A stretch of DNA of 63,121 nucleotides, counting the filler, from Octopus bimaculoides (taxonomy: Eukaryota), in assembly GCF_001194135.2 (NCBI RefSeq). It is 7 parts of 6 records of this genome, joined end to end, with 100 filler letters (N's around TTAATTAATTAA, not from the genome) between each part and the next. Parts side by side here need not be neighbours in the genome. Positions count along the whole stretch, not along the records: positions 1 to 15,341 come from NC_068989.1; positions 15,442 to 46,841 come from NC_068983.1; 5 more parts are not named here. The stretch is one strand, 5' to 3'. The notes under the pieces are model-generated. The model searched no databases. It was not told the DNA's origin and saw only the letters and a program-made list of their open reading frames with translations. Shown piece after piece: positions 12,131 to 24,015 of this stretch. Position 1 is the stretch's first letter. The number at the start of each line of letters is the position of its first letter. The translations under genes and the position numbers were made by a program.

Positions 12131-13577
12131 ATCAAAATAAGCAACAAGGATATCCAGAGGTAATGCAGTATGATCATTTCATGCAACTCCATTTAATTGT
12201 TAATTGAACAATGCAACCATTACATCAATTTAAATGCAGAGCAATCCTCAGCTGCACAAAGACATAGAATTTAATTAAATTAAAACAGATGGACACATTC
12301 TATTTTCTTTCCTGCCTTTAACCCTCTAACGCGGAGTATAGGCCACTTATAATTGAATTCCATGTCGCATAATTTTTCGCTTCTGTACTTATACTCTGCC
12401 ATGAATGTCCCCCTTTCTCTAGTTCCTTTTGTGTTGATCTACACCATGAGTTCTTAGGCCTACCCTTCTTTCTATATCCATCCAGATTCCACTGTAAAGC
12501 ACTTTTCGCTACATTTGGTGTGTCTTTTCTAATTGTGCTACCAATCCACTTCCACTTTTTCTTAAATATTTGCTCCCTAATCGAAACTTGATTTGTTCTT
12601 TGCCATAGCTCCATATTGCTTGTGTTCAGGCCATCTGATTTTAAGTATACTACGCAAGCACCTGTTGATGAATGATTGTATTTGCTTATTTGACTTAATT
12701 GTTGTTCGCCATGTCTCAGCCCCATACAATAACACCGCTTTTACATTAGTGTTAAAAATTCTTATTTTGTTCTTTATTGAAATTACACTTGCGCTCCATA
12801 CTTTTTTTAACAGGTGGAAAGCCGTCCTTGCCTTACTTATTCTCGTCTTAATATCTACGTTGGTGCCACCTGAGAACCTTATCTTACTACCTAAATACAT
12901 AAACTCGGCTACATCTTCTAGTCCACCGGTTTCTAGTTTAATACGTTCACTGTTTTCTTCATTAACATGCATAATTTTTGATTTGTCGTGGTTGACTTTC
13001 AATTCTAGTTTGACAGCTATTGCTTCTAATTTTGACGTTTTATTTTGCATTTGGTTATATGTTTGTGAAAGTAGTGCTATATTATCTGCAAAATTTAGAA
13101 CATCTCATAAGCGGATTTTCCTAACAATCGTTAGCAAAAATTGAATTTTATGATACTCTGCAGAGCATAATTGAAAAACGGACTGAGAAAGAGTTGATAA
13201 TGGTTATGGGTGATTTCAACGCAAAAGTCGGAAACATTAATTTAGGATATGGACACATTAGTATAATTTTACTTAAAATCTCCAAGAAGTTGAGGAGATA
13301 GACAAAGACCATGCTGCCTTCACTTCAGCTTAGAAGCTACTCTAAGCTGAAGTGAAGGCAGCATGTTCTTCGTTTATCTCCTCAACTTCTTGGAGATTGT
13401 AAGTAAAATTATACTAATGTGTCCATTTTTTAAAATTTAATTAAATTCTATGCCTTTGTGCAGCTGAGGATTGCTCTACATTCAAATTGATATAATGGTT
13501 GCATTGTTCAATTAAATAGAGTTGCGTGAAACGATCGTACTGCATTACCTCTGGATATCCTTGTTGCTTATTTTGAT
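12131..13577. repeat. Long foldback palindrome (arms ~245 bp, 6-nt loop at 13335-13340); left arm interrupted by an RTE insertion
   Basis: 13249-13334 is the reverse complement of 13341-13426. 12131-12299 is the reverse complement of ~13416-13577. Mismatches are scattered. Confidence 0.92.
12300..13248 (-). mobile_element. RTE-clade LINE insertion, 5'-truncated with inverted 5' piece, 11-bp TSD ATGGACACATT
   Basis: Minus strand: NFADNIALLSQ, FMYLGS, KARTAF, VLLYGAETW, KWKWIGSTIRK...GRPKNSW. Plus strand ~13143-13248: EFYDTLQSII...VMGDFNAKVG (APE domain). TSD at 12289-12299 and 13249-13259. Confidence 0.92.
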
Positions 13578-13693
13578 TTTAATCACCTTATTTTGAAATT
13601 GTATGGATAATACTGTACTAAATTCTGGTGCCTCAACTTATGTACCATATTCATCTGAATCTAAATTTTTGCTGAACTCATCTACCATACCCG

Positions 13694-13724
<31 letters not shown>

Positions 13725-14587
13725 AGTACAAAAAAAAAAAAAAACAGATTTTAAATTTCAGAGGGCAATGAAAGTTAATTTTTCTTCATAAGAAGAGAAT
13801 TTAATTTCATACACATGAAAATGTCCATTTTATATGTTATTAGTTGAAAAATATCCTCATTTCTCCCAGTTTAAATAATGTTATTACTTGTTCTATTCTT
13901 TGAAATGTTTATTAAATAAAAGCATTTTTCTTTATTGTAAAAGTCTATGAAAGGCAAATTAAAATATTGAGTAAAAAAAGTAAAGTATGTCAACATGTCA
14001 TACATCAAATTATACTCATACAAGCCTCTAATTAGCATCAGATGTAATTAACAAAATTACAAGAACTATCAAGAATATGGATGTTGTACTCAGTAGCATA
14101 GATGGACTACAAGGAAATAATAGAAAAAAATGTTACTGATAATAAAACATACTAAATGCTGTTCTTTCCTTATGATAGAAATAAGCAGAAAGAAAATTAA
14201 ACAGACAAATAAGCAAACACTGAAAAAGTATTAATTTTGTATTTTAGCTGCTCAAGTTCTTATCTGCCATTCTATTATTTTCATTTAAGTTTTTAATGTC
14301 AGGAGAGTTTACAAGACCTTCACAAAAATAATAATGGGTGATTAATTATTCTAAAACAAAAATGTAACAACCCAGTTGAGATCAAAGTATCTTAAAAGTA
14401 AAAGTGATGTCATGTTAAAATAAAGGTCATGTATTCAAGCATGCAGTTGTGCATGTTTTTCTATTTGCTTTACTCAACATGACTGAAAATAGACACTATT
14501 CCAATTTCATAATTTCAAGATTGAAGTGAAAACATCTGTTCCAACAATATCTGGAGTTCATGAATGAGATCAAAATTTCTACTTTAC

Positions 14588-14789
14588 CTAATGGCCGCTC
14601 AAATGTACTTGATGAGGAGCGAATGATAGGAAGGCTTGATCTTAAATATTGACCTCTTTGAATGTTTCCAGGAGATGATGTCTCTATATCAGACATGGTA
14701 CCATTGTCATCATACTCTACAGACTGGTTTAAGTTTGAGTTATAAGTCACTATAGTGGCACGCCGTCTTTGATCTCTTTGATGTGGAGC
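14588..14789 (-). CDS. KIAA1217: Coding exon (202 nt, phase 0 to 1) of the KIAA1217/SRCIN1-like gene, directly upstream of exon 4450-4252
   Basis: Acceptor ATCTTTTAG| at 14789 and donor G|GTAAAGT at 14588. Encodes APHQRDQRRRATIVTYNSNLNQSVEYDDNGTMSDIETSSPGNIQRGQYLRSSLPIIRSSSSTFERPL(G). Compare recalled KIAA1217 AMSEGD...RASLPVVRSTNQTKERSLG. The terminal G plus GG from the next exon restores Gly in frame. Confidence 0.88.
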
Positions 14790-15341
14790 CTAAAAGATTC
14801 CAAAGAAAATAGAAAAAATTCAGTTCATAAATCCATGTACTCTTGAAAAACAAAAAAAAAAAAAAGGAAAAGAAAAAAATTAATGGGCAGTTGATTCAAT
14901 TTATGCAATTTTTCCCCTCTTCCTTATTGAAGAAGCCTATACATGACCACTCAATTGCTAGAAATAGTAACAAATTTGTTGTTTTAACTTATATCACTAT
15001 TGATTTTTAATATTGATATTCAATATTAATTAAAATGCATTAACCTTTTTAATATTGATATTCAATATTAATTAAAATGCACTTTAGTTTCAAGAATAGT
15101 ATATCCAAGACTATATTATCCACTGTATCCTTTTTTACAATAATAGGGTGTTATTTAAGGGAGATGCTGACAAATTTTTCTGCTTTTAAAAAGAAAAAAG
15201 GATTTTATCCTTTATATCTATACTATTCAGTATCTATGCGTTGAATAAAATTTATCTTTCTACTTGTTCTAATAAATAATATATATGTATATATGGATAT
15301 ATATATATATATACATATTAATATTTCTAAGTCTCTCTAAA

Positions 15342-15441
15342 NNNNNNNNNNNNNNNNNNNNNNNNNNNNNNNNNNNNNNNNNNNNTTAATTAATTAANNN
15401 NNNNNNNNNNNNNNNNNNNNNNNNNNNNNNNNNNNNNNNNN
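15342..15441. other. Artificial 100-nt scaffold gap (44 N + TTAATTAATTAA + 44 N); also at 46842-46941, 51129-51228, 54375-54474, 58535-58634 and 60798-60897
   Basis: Identical 44/12/44 layout six times; the 12-mer places stop codons in all six frames. Confidence 0.97.
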
Positions 15442-15555
15442 CCATTCATTCTCTTTATTGAGCAATCTTTCATAGTGGCATCTCCAAACCACTTTCTTTG
15501 CAGCCTCATTTAGTGCAAGCGTACCATCATCCATGCGAACACATTTCTCTCCCAT
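15442..15555 (-). mobile_element. RTE LINE ORF2 fragment (linker upstream of RT)
   Basis: EKCVRMDDGTLALNEAAKKVVWRCHYERLLNKENEW, typical of the pre-RT WxxHYExLLN region. Confidence 0.65.
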
Positions 15556-15559
15556 ATAC

Positions 15560-15592
<33 letters not shown>

Positions 15593-15593
15593 C

Positions 15594-15636
<43 letters not shown>

Positions 15637-15638
<2 letters not shown>

Positions 15639-15843
15639 TGTTTGTCCCCTCTCGACCATTGCTTGACAACCGATGCTAATGTGTTTACGTCCCTGTAACT
15701 TAGCAGTTCAGCAAAAGAAACCAATAGAATAAGTACTAGGTTTGCAAAGAATAAGTCCTGGGGTTGAGTTTTTTTTACTAAAAGGCAGTGCTCCAGCATG
15801 GCCACAGTCAAATGACTGAAACAGGTAAAAGAATAAAAGAATA
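15637..15843 (+). mobile_element. SINE 3' half (family of 29265-29677)
   Basis: TGTTTACGTCCC...AGCATGGCCACAGTCAAATGACTGAAACAGGTAAAAGAATAAAAGAA is reverse-complementary to 29265-29460. Confidence 0.85.
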
Positions 15844-15899
15844 CACACACACACGCACACACATACACACACACACACACACACACATATTTGCATATA

Positions 15900-16235
15900 T
15901 AAAGGTAAAGGAAAAGACCCCCTTCAGTGATGAATGACCACGGGATTGCACCTAGAAAGTTACCCTCTGAAGCACAAGCCCAGGCAAGGTTGACCAGCAG
16001 TTACCTATGCATACCAGCCTCACTTCTCCACGCTACTGATGTTATCCAAGGGAAAGGGAAAAGCCGATACAGCTTGGCACCAGAGATGTCACAACTAATT
16101 TCTACAGCTGAGTGAACTAGGGCAAAGTGAAATAAAGTGTCTTGCTCAAGAACACAACACACAGCCCAGCCTGAGAACTGAACTCACTACCGTATGATTG
16201 TGAGCCTGATGCCCTAACCACTGAGCCATGTGCTG
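15900..16235 (-). mobile_element. tRNA-derived SINE with conserved central box
   Basis: Minus strand: A box TGGCTCAGTGGTTAG, B-box-like GAGTTCAGTTC, then GTGTTGTGTTCTTGAGCAAGACACTT (CORE/Meta/V-type shared box). Related copies at 19860-20075 (+) and 27045-27295 (-). Confidence 0.8.
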
Positions 16236-16469
16236 GATCCGTCATCGCCATACAAACACACACATGTACACACATATATTTCCATACATGCTTACACAAT
16301 ATGCTTAAACAAAGATCCAGTTAAGTTTATTTTCATATATTTATGTTGGATCTGAACCATGTATTGTGGAAATGACCATAATGAAGGAATAAGATATATA
16401 CACTATTAGATATACATATACATACATACATACATACATACATACATACACATGTGTGTGTGTGTGTGT

Positions 16470-16504
<35 letters not shown>

Positions 16505-16508
<4 letters not shown>

Positions 16509-17784
16509 GTTGTCTCATGAAATATCGCATTTGAAAAAGGAAACATTAAAATTGTTTTTTAAGTTTTAGAATATTTATTTATTTAATCAAAATATGATCC
16601 TTGTTCATTTATGACCTTCATCCAACGTCCCTCTANNNNNNNNNNTTATGACCTTCATCCAACGTCCCTCTAAGGCATATATTCCATCTTCAAAGAATTT
16701 GTCATCTTTTACACTGATAAACTGTTCAAATGTTTCAATTACCTCTTCATTATTTAAGAATGTTTTACTTCGTATAGCAAGCTTGAAGTGTTTAAATATG
16801 TGATAATCAGTAGGAGAGATATCAGGAGATTAAGGAAGATGTGCCAAAATTTCATAATTCAGGCTTTGCAACTTGTGGACAGTAGCTTGAAAAGTGTAAG
16901 GCCATGCATTACCATGAAGCAAAATTGGGCCATCTCTATTCACTAATCTTGGTTGCTTCTTTTTTTAATTTATCATGCATACAATACATTTCCTGACAAT
17001 AGGATGTTGCTGTTACAGTTTTTCCTTGTTGCAAAAATGAATAATGAATAACCCCCTTTGTTGACCACCATACAGTGACCATCAAATTTTTAGGGTGCAA
17101 TGGTGGTTCTGGGTAATGCCTTGGTGACTCTCCTGCATCTAACCACTGTCCTCCTGCTGCTATCAAAAAGTATCCATTTCTCATCACACATAATGAATCG
17201 ATACAAAAATGGTTCTCTTTCCAACCGAGAAATCAACATGGAATGCATTGTAAGGTGTCTGTTCCTTTGAATGGAGAATAAACTTATCCATCTTTTTGAC
17301 TTTTCCAATTTTCTTCAAGTGTTGAGAAGCAGTTGTGTGAGATGTCTGGAGCTCTGATCTGATTTTTTGGACTGTTGCTCTTGGATTTCATTTAACCAAA
17401 ATATTCAGTACATCATACAGAATAACTGATTTTGGCCTCCCTCTTGGTTCACTTTTAAGGCTTTCATTTCTTGAACAAAATCTTTGTAACCATCTCTGAA
17501 TGGTTCTAATGTCAACAAAATCGTTACCAAAAGCCCTCTTGATGTTTCGTAGAGCTTCAGTGGCAGAGTGACCCAACTTGTATTCATACAAAAAAATTAT
17601 TTGGTATTGTTCAGTTTTCAACATTATCATAAGAGCTGTGGGTAGCAATTTTGAATAATAATGTCTAGAAAGAAAAAGTTAAGAGTAAATACAAGCATAT
17701 ACATAGAAACTGATTAAAAATCCATCTGCAGATGATTCATAAGAAACCCATTTAAGATACGACATTTCATGTGAGACAGCCTAA
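16505..17784 (-). mobile_element. Full-length decayed mariner (Tc1/mariner, D,D34D-type) transposon
   Basis: TIRs TTAGGTTGTCTCA-TGAAAT and TTAGGCTGTCTCACATGAAAT with TA TSDs inside (TA)n tracts; ~1.28 kb. Transposase motifs FLYEYKLGHSATEA...RGRP, CDEKWILF, LHPKNLMVTVWW, HGNA (for HDNA), SPDISPTDYHIF. Confidence 0.93.
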
Positions 17785-17879
17785 TATATATATATATATC
17801 ATTTATATTATTATTTGATTGAATGCCACGCATCCATTTCCAAGTAAGTTTATCTTAATCTTTTTGATGCAACTCTACC

Positions 17880-18169
17880 CTATACTATTCTCTCCCCCTA
17901 TCATTTTCTTTCTCATCCTTTCTAATTTTTTTTCCTTCCCTACACCATTTTCTATCTGTCTCTCTCTCTCTATCACTCTCCACCTCTTTCTCCTTTACTC
18001 TCTCTTGTTGCTCACACGTGACCATCATCCATCTTTCTTTTCCTCACGTGATCATCTTTCTTTTCTTTCAGGGCTGTCCTAGAGGCTGGACGTATCCTAT
18101 CTATCTCTCTCTTCTATCTTATAGAGTTTCTGCCTACGCCTTTTCTACAGAATATATATATTTCTACAG

Positions 18170-18217
<48 letters not shown>

Positions 18218-18233
18218 CGTGTGTATACATATT

Positions 18234-18275
<42 letters not shown>

Positions 18276-18980
18276 CATATTTATACACACACAGACATAC
18301 ACACATATGCATATACATAGATACATATATATCTGTATCTCTATCTGCCTGTCTCTCTCTCTCTCTGTACACACACACACACACATATATATATCTGTCT
18401 ATATCTATACATACATACATAGATGTGTGTGTGCGTGCATGTGTGTGTGAGAGAGAGAGAGTGTGTGTGTGTGTGTGTGTAAAATGGTAGCATATCTCAA
18501 TGGTCTGTTTTGGTTACTTGCCACTATAACAAGTCAGTAATCATTTTATGGTCCTTTCTCAATGTAATTACTCTATAACAATGATTACATTAATTGCTAT
18601 GGTTACTAGTTTACTGGTTATTACTGGTTACTATAGTCATGATAATGATTCTCTATGGTCATCGAAATCATCTCAGTTACAACATTATATCATGACATCT
18701 TGTTATAACAATCATCTAATTACAAATCGCATTTACAAAAATCCACTCGAACCACACATTTAGACATCTCCTTGCTTCTTATCTTCATCATCATCATCAT
18801 CATCATAATCATTATCATCATCACCACCACTGCCACCCCCACCCCCATAATAATCTGTGTCATTATCATCATCATCTTCGTCATTATGGCCATAGTTGTT
18901 ATCATTGTTGTAGTAGTGGTTGTTGTTATGGTTATCGTCATCATTATTATTATTGTTGTTCTCATTCTCATCATTATTTA
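17880..18980. repeat. Compound microsatellites (CT, TA, CA, CAT/GTT)
   Basis: Visible directly in sequence. Confidence 0.9.
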
Positions 18981-19194
18981 TACATCCATTTTCTCATGCT
19001 TCTGTTGGGTTAGATGGGTCTTCTCTTTCCTTACTTGCTGCAATCTATTATTATCTCTTTTCTTTTGATATCAGCCTTCCTCAGACCTCCCCATTTCTTC
19101 CTCAGTCTTCCCCTTTTGCAGATTCCCAAGTTTATTTGCGAACATTTAATCAATTATTCTGTTAGAAACTTCAGTTACAAAATTCAGCTGTACC

Positions 19195-19720
19195 ATCATC
19201 ATCATCATCTTCCTTGATCACATGGGTTGGACAGTTCAACAGAATCTGACAATTTGGAGGACTGCATTGTGCTCCATTGTCTGTATTGATATGGTTTCTA
19301 TAACTGGATGCCCTTCCTAACAACAACTACTTTACAGAATGCATTGGATACATTTTTCATGGCTCCAGCACTAGTGAGATTGTCATGTAACTTGCAAGAC
19401 TACCATAAATATTTAATGAGAGTTTCTTCTGCCCCAATCAGTACAGTATGTGCCACCTGCACAGGAGCCAGTCCAGCGGCACTGGCAACGATCTCACTCG
19501 AATGTCTTACACGTGTCACTGGCACAAGTGCCAGGAAGGAGACGCTGGGCACAGGTGCCATCACGATTTCACTTTCGCTTGCCCCAACAGGTCTTCGCAA
19601 GCTGAGTTTCATGTCCAATGAAGGAGATGACATTGGCATGGGTGCCAGTTGTGGAATTTAGTTCGATTTCGATTTCACTTGCCTCAACAAGTCTTCGCAA
19701 GCAGAGTTTAGTGTAAGCTA
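19195..19720 (-). mobile_element. Non-autonomous retroposon with RTE-like (GAT)n tail, long copy containing one 62-bp unit
   Basis: Shares CTGGATGCCCTTCCTAA with copies at 20730-20960, 26470-26870, 33984-34138, 34610-34770, 36975-37125, 37530-37660, 37790-38010, 38700-38765 and 43790-44000. Confidence 0.8.
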
Positions 19721-20309
19721 TGGACACATAAGAGGTGCAGCAATATCAAAGGAAGGTTAACTAGGAAGTTAGTTTTTGTATGTAGCAGGTGTTCAGGAGC
19801 TATAAAGAGAACAACAACTTTTAACTTGTCTACTGATCATAAGTCAACTTGATTAGTGAGAGCACATGACCTATTGGTTAGGGCATTGCATTCATGATTG
19901 TGAGATTGTGAGTTTGATTCTGGGATGTGTTGTGTTCTTCAGCAAAACACTTCATCACATGTTGTTTTGCAATCGCTTCAACATCTAACATGTGGCATAC
20001 TTTACACCTGTACAGGCAATGTCAATTTGATGGAGGGAGTGAGCCTATGTACAGTGCAAACATTTGATCACTATATACAATTCATCTGGGAAGGTTGTTC
20101 TGCAAAAAGTTGCAGAACCCTTTTTCTTGGACTTGAGAGACTATTATTATTACTTGATCAGGGCTGGACTAGTGCTAAATGATTACATCAGTAACAATCA
20201 CGAGAGCCTGTCACAACATTCAGTTTCTATGTTGAGTTACAATATTTAATTTTAATATAATGCAGTTTCCAGTATTCAGTTATAACAATAAATAATGACA
20301 TTTAGTCAC

Positions 20310-20515
20310 ACAGAACATTCATCCAGCTAGAAATAACTACCAAATTTCCATCATATTATACACAACTGTATTAGAAAAGGAAAGCACAAGTGAGATAATG
20401 TAGTCCTAGATGACAGTAAAAAAACAAGATGGCCATAGATGAAATACCTTTGATTATAGGTCTGTTCAATCAGTGCTGACCCAAGGTCAAACAATAATAA
20501 TAACAGTCATATAAC
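20310..20515 (+). mobile_element. Old SINE-like repeat with (AAC/AAT)n tail; related copies at ~14920-15140, 21375-21500 (-) and 45270-45460
   Basis: Shared CTAGAAATARC core and similar 3' segment (TCAATCAGTRCTGA...AAACAA). Confidence 0.5.
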
Positions 20516-21244
20516 AGTTATCATATACAGAGGTTTAAATTAAGCGGATAGTAGAACATGTTTGATTTGAATTATTGCAGGCTGATAGGCATTGGAGCAA
20601 TTCTTGGAAAGACAAAATAGTCCAAGTATATTGGAACGAAAAGGGTTGGCTTGAATGTTTCAAGTTGCTTTGTATGAATGGAAACAGTCTAGAGTAGTGA
20701 GTATTGTCTAGTCCCGCAGGTTACTAAGCAACCCCACTGGTACTAGTGCTATGATGGAACACATCCAATGCACTGTGTAAAGTGGTGGATTTTAAAGACA
20801 TCAGGCCATAGAATCTATGTTAAAACTGAAATGTATGAGGGAGATGTGTTTCTCTGCCCAGTCTTGGGGTGAAGTAACTCTGCATAAGAACTGACATGGA
20901 CTGTGACAATTCATCCAGCCCATGTCAACACAGAAAGCAGATGTAAAATGATGATGTTGATGGTGAAGTGAAAGTGTAAGGAAACAGGGTGATAAGAAGA
21001 GTTGAAGATAATGTAATGTGTGAGTTTATGGGTATGCAACATAAAGTCAGTAGTTTTAAATGAGAAACAGGTTATTATTTTGTTTTAGAAGAGCTAGTAA
21101 GATATTATATAGTGAATTAACACATATTGAATATGGATTAATGAAGACTTACCAATGAGGCAAGTGACACTTTTATTCTTGGGATTTTTAAGAAAATTTC
21201 TGCCATCTTGAATAAGAACATATTTGCTTCTGTGTATATGCATT

Positions 21245-21284
<40 letters not shown>

Positions 21285-22039
21285 AATTTTGGTAATGACT
21301 GGTCAGCTTCAATGGGGTAGACCTTTAAATATATATTTCATTGGACAAACAGTCCTCACAATTTATGCATGCTTGTTTTTGTTGTTGTTGTTGCAGTTTA
21401 GTCCCAGATCAGTTCTGACAGAGCTGGCCTTATAATCAAAGATGCCCCGGCTATGACTATCTCATCATTTTGTATAACTGTTACTACATAGTCAAGTACA
21501 GCTTTTATTTAACAATATGATTTGAGAAAGATTTGGCCCCAATTTTCAAGCAGGTTACATAACTATACTGAAGCTCACACATTGCCTCACCTGTGCATAC
21601 ACCTTTTATACATTCTGGTAATGGTTACAGTAATCATAGGAAGATGTACATGGAACAGTTGCTGCTCCTCTGTACTCGTTATTACCAGTATTAACCAAAT
21701 CACCTTCAAATTCGCCTTAGCCTCTTTGAAACCACTTCTGGTTCTATGATACAAACTTTTTATTTTAAAATGATCAAAATTAAAAGTTTCCATCAAAATA
21801 TTTTATTAGTTTATGTTTCAAACACCAGCTTAATAATGACCAAGTTATCTTAATAAATTTTTCATTATTTTCAAAATTAATTTAAGCAAAGGCAGTGTAC
21901 TTCAAGAGAAAAGGTAATGAAAGGGAAGCTGGATAAATTGTTTAGTATGGAATTTTTCAAGCGATACAATGATTTAATAGAATATGAAGCAATGGTGTTC
22001 CAAAAGAGTTTATGGTGTAAGTTAACATAGAGTGATGAG

Positions 22040-22495
22040 AGTATAAAGTAGTAGAGTGGCTGATTTGCAAAATCAGTTGAGCATCAATAAATATGCTTTG
22101 CAGTATTTGTTTCAGCTCTTTACAGTTTTAGTTCAAAGGTCAAATTTGTTTTTCTTCCTCTGAGGGTCGATAAAATAAAGTACTATTCAGGTACTGAGGT
22201 CAGTGGTATCGACTAAGTTTTTCCCCTCGAAATTACTGGTCTTATGCCTAAATTAGAATGCATTATTGAAACAACAATTAGGGCAGTGGATTGACAGAAT
22301 CATTAGAGCATTGGGGAAAAATACTTTGCAATATTTGTCCTGATTCTTTATGTTCTGAGTCAAGGTCAACTTTGTCTTTCATCTTACCAGATCAATAATA
22401 TAAAATAGTAGTCAAGTACTAACATCAATAGTGTCAACTAAGCTTCTACCCTAAGAATTACAGGTCTTAGGCTTATTTTAGAGATTATTAAAGCA
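22040..22495 (+). mobile_element. Two tandem decayed copies of the SINE family best seen at 40578-40990
   Basis: TGGCAGAA-type head, TTCAAA B-box-like, GGTCAACTTTG and GGTCGATAAAATAAAGTAC segments. Confidence 0.65.
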
Positions 22496-22699
22496 ATGTT
22501 TAAAGAAACAGAGAATGTGCTATCTGTATGACAAAGAGCACATTTTTAATCTTGGCTTTTTACACAAGTCTTCTAGCAATAACCCCTTTTTATTTTGTTG
22601 TGTAATAAATATTATTAAGATCTGATATGTTGTGGTGACCCTTAATTATGAGTATAGGAAGCAAATCAAAGACAGATTATATGAAGGATGGCTGTCATT

Positions 22700-23428
22700 T
22701 TGCTTGTTGCTGGGCAGAGGAAGGACAATGTGTGAAAGGGTTGATGCAATGAATTGATAAGGTGAGGAGCAAGATTGCTGATGCGATGTGTATCATGAAT
22801 TGAGTGGGCGTTAAAAGTGAGGTATGTTTAAAGTGTGCGACAAATTTAAATGTAAGATGTGGGAGGGGAGATGACAAGGAGAGAAGGATAGCAAAATTGG
22901 GGAAGGAAGGGTCAGATGTTAGGAAAGAGGTGTGTAGTGTATTGCCAGGAATCAGATGAGGTACAGTGTGAGGAGTAAGGAGAATTAATGAGAAAGAAGA
23001 AAGGAAGGAGATTGAAATTAGAGTTTCAAAGAAGAGAATGAAAAAGAGGAGTGATGGTAAGAGGTGTGCAGAAAATTGTGCAGGAGGAGAGACACAAGTG
23101 AAAGTGAGAGGTATGAAAGAGGTTGGGGTGAGAAGATTAGGAGATGATGAGAAAGAGAGGGTTAGGGAAAAGTGTGGAGTAAGAAGGCGAGAAATAATGG
23201 CAAGTGAAATGAATGAAATCGAAGCAGGTGGTTGAAATATGAGTGAGAGTGAGAGTCTGTGGAGATACAAGAGAATTATGAGTGAGAGTGTGAGAAATAA
23301 AGAGAGGAGAAAAAAATGGGAATAGTAAGAGGGGTGAGTGGCATGAAGAAAATTACAGAATATTACATACATACATACATGCATGCATACATACATATAT
23401 ACATATATACATACATATATACATATGT

Positions 23429-23468
<40 letters not shown>

Positions 23469-23620
23469 ATGGATGCAGAGAGAGAGAGAAAGAAGAGCTA
23501 AGAAGACGAATATGTGATTAAAGAGAAAAGTATACATTGCAGACAGAAAGATAAAGAGGGAGACAGAGGGAAAGAAAGAGTGAAAATGGATGTGAAAAAA
23601 GAAAGCAACAATAAATGTAT
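22700..23620. repeat. Long degenerate purine-rich (GA/GAG) low-complexity tract with TA/TG microsatellites
   Basis: Composition; explains the spurious 351-aa minus-strand ORF. Confidence 0.8.
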
Positions 23621-23770
23621 ATGTAACACGCGCGCGCGCGCACACACACACATGCACACAAGCATGCATACATGCATGGTTTGTATCTGTGTAAGTATAT
23701 ATGTTTATATGTATACAGAGAGATGGAGAAAGAGAGAGAGAGTCAGACAACAGTGGAAAAAAATTAGAAA

Positions 23771-23820
23771 GCTAGATAGATAGATAGATTGATAGATTGA
23801 TAGATAGATAGATAGATAGG

Positions 23821-23879
<59 letters not shown>

Positions 23880-23900
23880 GTAGATAGATTCATAGATTGG

Positions 23901-23959
<59 letters not shown>

Positions 23960-23980
23960 GTAGATAGATTCATAGATTGG

Positions 23981-24015
<35 letters not shown>

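Noticed and set aside
12593-13144. 183-aa plus-strand ORF (likewise 49549-50001)
   Set aside because: Antisense shadows of RTE and Tx1 coding sequence.
15004-15082. ~37-bp direct duplication
   Set aside because: Ordinary local slippage in AT-rich, SINE-derived sequence.
15386-15397. Recurrent TTAATTAATTAA palindrome (six copies)
   Set aside because: Always centred in exactly 44+44 Ns, so it is an assembly spacer and not biological.
16607-16672. Direct duplication flanking a 10-N gap (also ~29980-30110)
   Set aside because: Identical sequence on both sides of a tiny gap is typical of unmerged overlapping contig ends.
22695-23750. 351-aa ORF and many similar ORFs (poly-CV/HT/IY/LS, X-filled)
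   Set aside because: Products of microsatellites, low-complexity tracts or N gaps, with no domain signal.
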